Shown: in pieces, positions 63,639 to 64,000 of the stretch | How the letters are laid out: each line of letters begins with the position of its first letter | How positions within the stretch are numbered: position 1 is the first letter of the stretch | Source of the DNA: Candidatus Latescibacterota bacterium | GTDB taxonomy: Bacteria; Latescibacterota; UBA2968; GCA-2709665 | Assembly: GCA_965248435.1 (NCBI GenBank) | Contig: OZ252100.1 | Coordinates: 5,312,001 to 5,376,000, forward strand | Reading direction: 5' to 3' | Length of the DNA: 64,000 bases | Translations under genes and position numbers: made by a program | The notes under the pieces: generated by a model | The model's input: the letters and a program-made list of their open reading frames with translations, nothing else | Database searches by the model: none | Told to the model about the DNA's origin: nothing

Positions 63639-64000
63639 ATGCCATGCCTCCTCGCTACAGCGCGTAGGCCCGACCTGACAAGAGGGGGTCTCGCCTTCAA
63701 GCTGGCTTTCTGGGCGGCGCTTTGCCTTCCATCCCTGGACGCATCCGGATCGGTGACGGCGGACTCCTTGTTCGTGGAGGCAACCTCTCGTTCCACACGT
63801 CGTCTGGAGGACCGAATTTCCCTCTTGAAGCGGGCGGCGAAGCTGGACAGGGGACAATCAAAGGTCTATCACGCGCTGGGTCGCCTATCCATGGAGCAGA
63901 ACACGATCTCCTCTCGGGCGGCGGCACGCAAATGGTTGAAGAAAGCGATGGTGCTGGACCCTGAAAATATTACTTATCACGAATCTTATGCCGCCCTATT
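63639..64000 (+). CDS. Secreted TPR-like protein (runs off window)
   Basis: Open frame to window end; VYHALGRL..KAMVLDPEN. Confidence 0.6.
   Translation, partial: MPCLLATARRPDLTRGGLAFKLAFWAALCLPSLDASGSVTADSLFVEATSRSTRRLEDRISLLKRAAKLDRGQSKVYHALGRLSMEQNTISSRAAARKWLKKAMVLDPENITYHESYAAL

Overview
The window holds a ~58.5 kb accessory island (2190-60724) between two ~1.5 kb near-identical direct repeats (669-2189 and 60725-62245). The repeats duplicate the 3' half of a PD40/BamA-like outer-membrane gene and a small Zn-ribbon membrane gene. Much of the island reads as a fragmented integron-type cassette array with no integrase in the window: 8 complete attC-like palindromes plus several half or degenerate sites, in blocks of both orientations. 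Cargo includes methyltransferases, HAD, MBL, NUDIX, GNAT, VOC, an AAC(3) pseudogene, a Sir2-domain gene and ECF sigma-factor fusions. One fusion (sigma-ankyrin) is a reverse-oriented cassette with perfectly complementary boundaries; the other (sigma-FliG_C) is split by an IS into halves 24 kb apart in permuted order. The island also carries a giant Ig-repeat autotransporter and many IS3/IS30/IS256/IS1380 copies and remnants. At 45.3-54.9 kb lies an unusual putative biosynthetic operon: OSGIN-like flavoprotein, HprK-like kinase, B12-radical SAM, pyruvate-kinase-like protein, nucleotidyltransferase-CBM9 fusion and APH kinase. All calls are by eye from motifs; no database searches were run.
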